Of a stretch of 64,000 bases of DNA, positions 63,387 through 64,000 are shown in pieces. The notes beneath the pieces are model-generated. The model did not search any database. It was not told the origin of the DNA and saw only the letters and a program-made list of their open reading frames with translations. The position numbers were made by a program, and so were the translations under genes. Source of the DNA: Psammoneis japonica. Lineage: Eukaryota. The stretch lies in the NCBI GenBank assembly GCA_008632985.1, contig QPGO01000095.1, positions 59,681 through 123,680 on the forward strand. The letters are read 5' to 3'. Numbering within the stretch: position 1 is the first letter of the stretch; the number at the start of each line of letters is the position of its first letter.

Positions 63387-64000
63387 AAAAGCTAATATAA
63401 TTGTATTATATATAAACGCATAACACCTACCTACATTGAAACTGAAAACTGTTAGTAAAGTGTGGAGTTGGGGTGAAAGTTTTGGAGCGCAACAAGACTG
63501 CAGTACACAGACACTTTCATCTGGGTACCTTGTACCACGATATCAACATGTGCACAGCAAAAGCAGATTCAGTGTTTTTGTGATTGGATTGATTTATATT
63601 TGAAAGAAGTTATGAGGATCGGCGTCCCGACATTTCAGAGACTCCAAGCAGTGACAGGTACCATTGAATATTAGTGCCCATTATATCTAGAAAACGCAAA
63701 AAAAAACTACCTCCACAGTCAGTTTCCCGCGAATCATCATGCTCCACACTCGAGAGTAGGTAGAACAAAGCTTGTGTGCGTATGTCTCTTACAGAATCAC
63801 ACACGCACAACCCTGTCCAACGGTACCATCACCACCATTACCACTCGAACCGCTCGCCTTTTTGCTAGACGCTTCGACTGCCTTTGGTTGTGGTCGTACC
63901 GCCACATTGACGGGTGTGGGATGGGTCCGAAAGACGGGTACTTCAAAATCCAGTAGTGTCCTGCTATCCGGCGTCAAGACTCCTTTTCCCATGCAAATCA

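Noticed and set aside
63600..64000. Possible gene fragment at the right edge
   Set aside because: Too short and no recognisable motif.

Overview
Eukaryotic DNA, most likely from a pennate diatom. This is inferred from short GT-AG introns, bipartite signal+F plastid presequences and CoDi-type Copia elements. Three host-gene islands of normal composition (~8.85-18.6, ~50.75-58.2, ~61.55-64 kb) encode a 2OG-Fe(II) oxygenase, a VTT/DedA protein, a kelch-like protein, an E2, a NifU-like protein, a DUF4832-like hydrolase, a four-domain glycosyltransferase and TerC. They alternate with repeat-derived blocks (1-8.8, 18.6-50.7, 58.2-61.5 kb). The main result is that the repeat blocks have lost almost all TpA dinucleotides, apparently through TA->TG/CA (A:T->G:C) hypermutation, the reverse of fungal RIP. 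Conserved Tyr codons have become Cys or His in Helitron, Copia and SET sequences; stop codons are erased; all surviving Helitron Tyr codons are TAC; older elements have also lost CpG. The second result is an ~18 kb block with a Helitron Rep-PIF1 gene next to SET-, TET/JBP- and DOT1-like genes, a candidate mobile chromatin/DNA-modification toolkit. All family calls come from motif recognition by eye; no searches or computed dinucleotide statistics were run.
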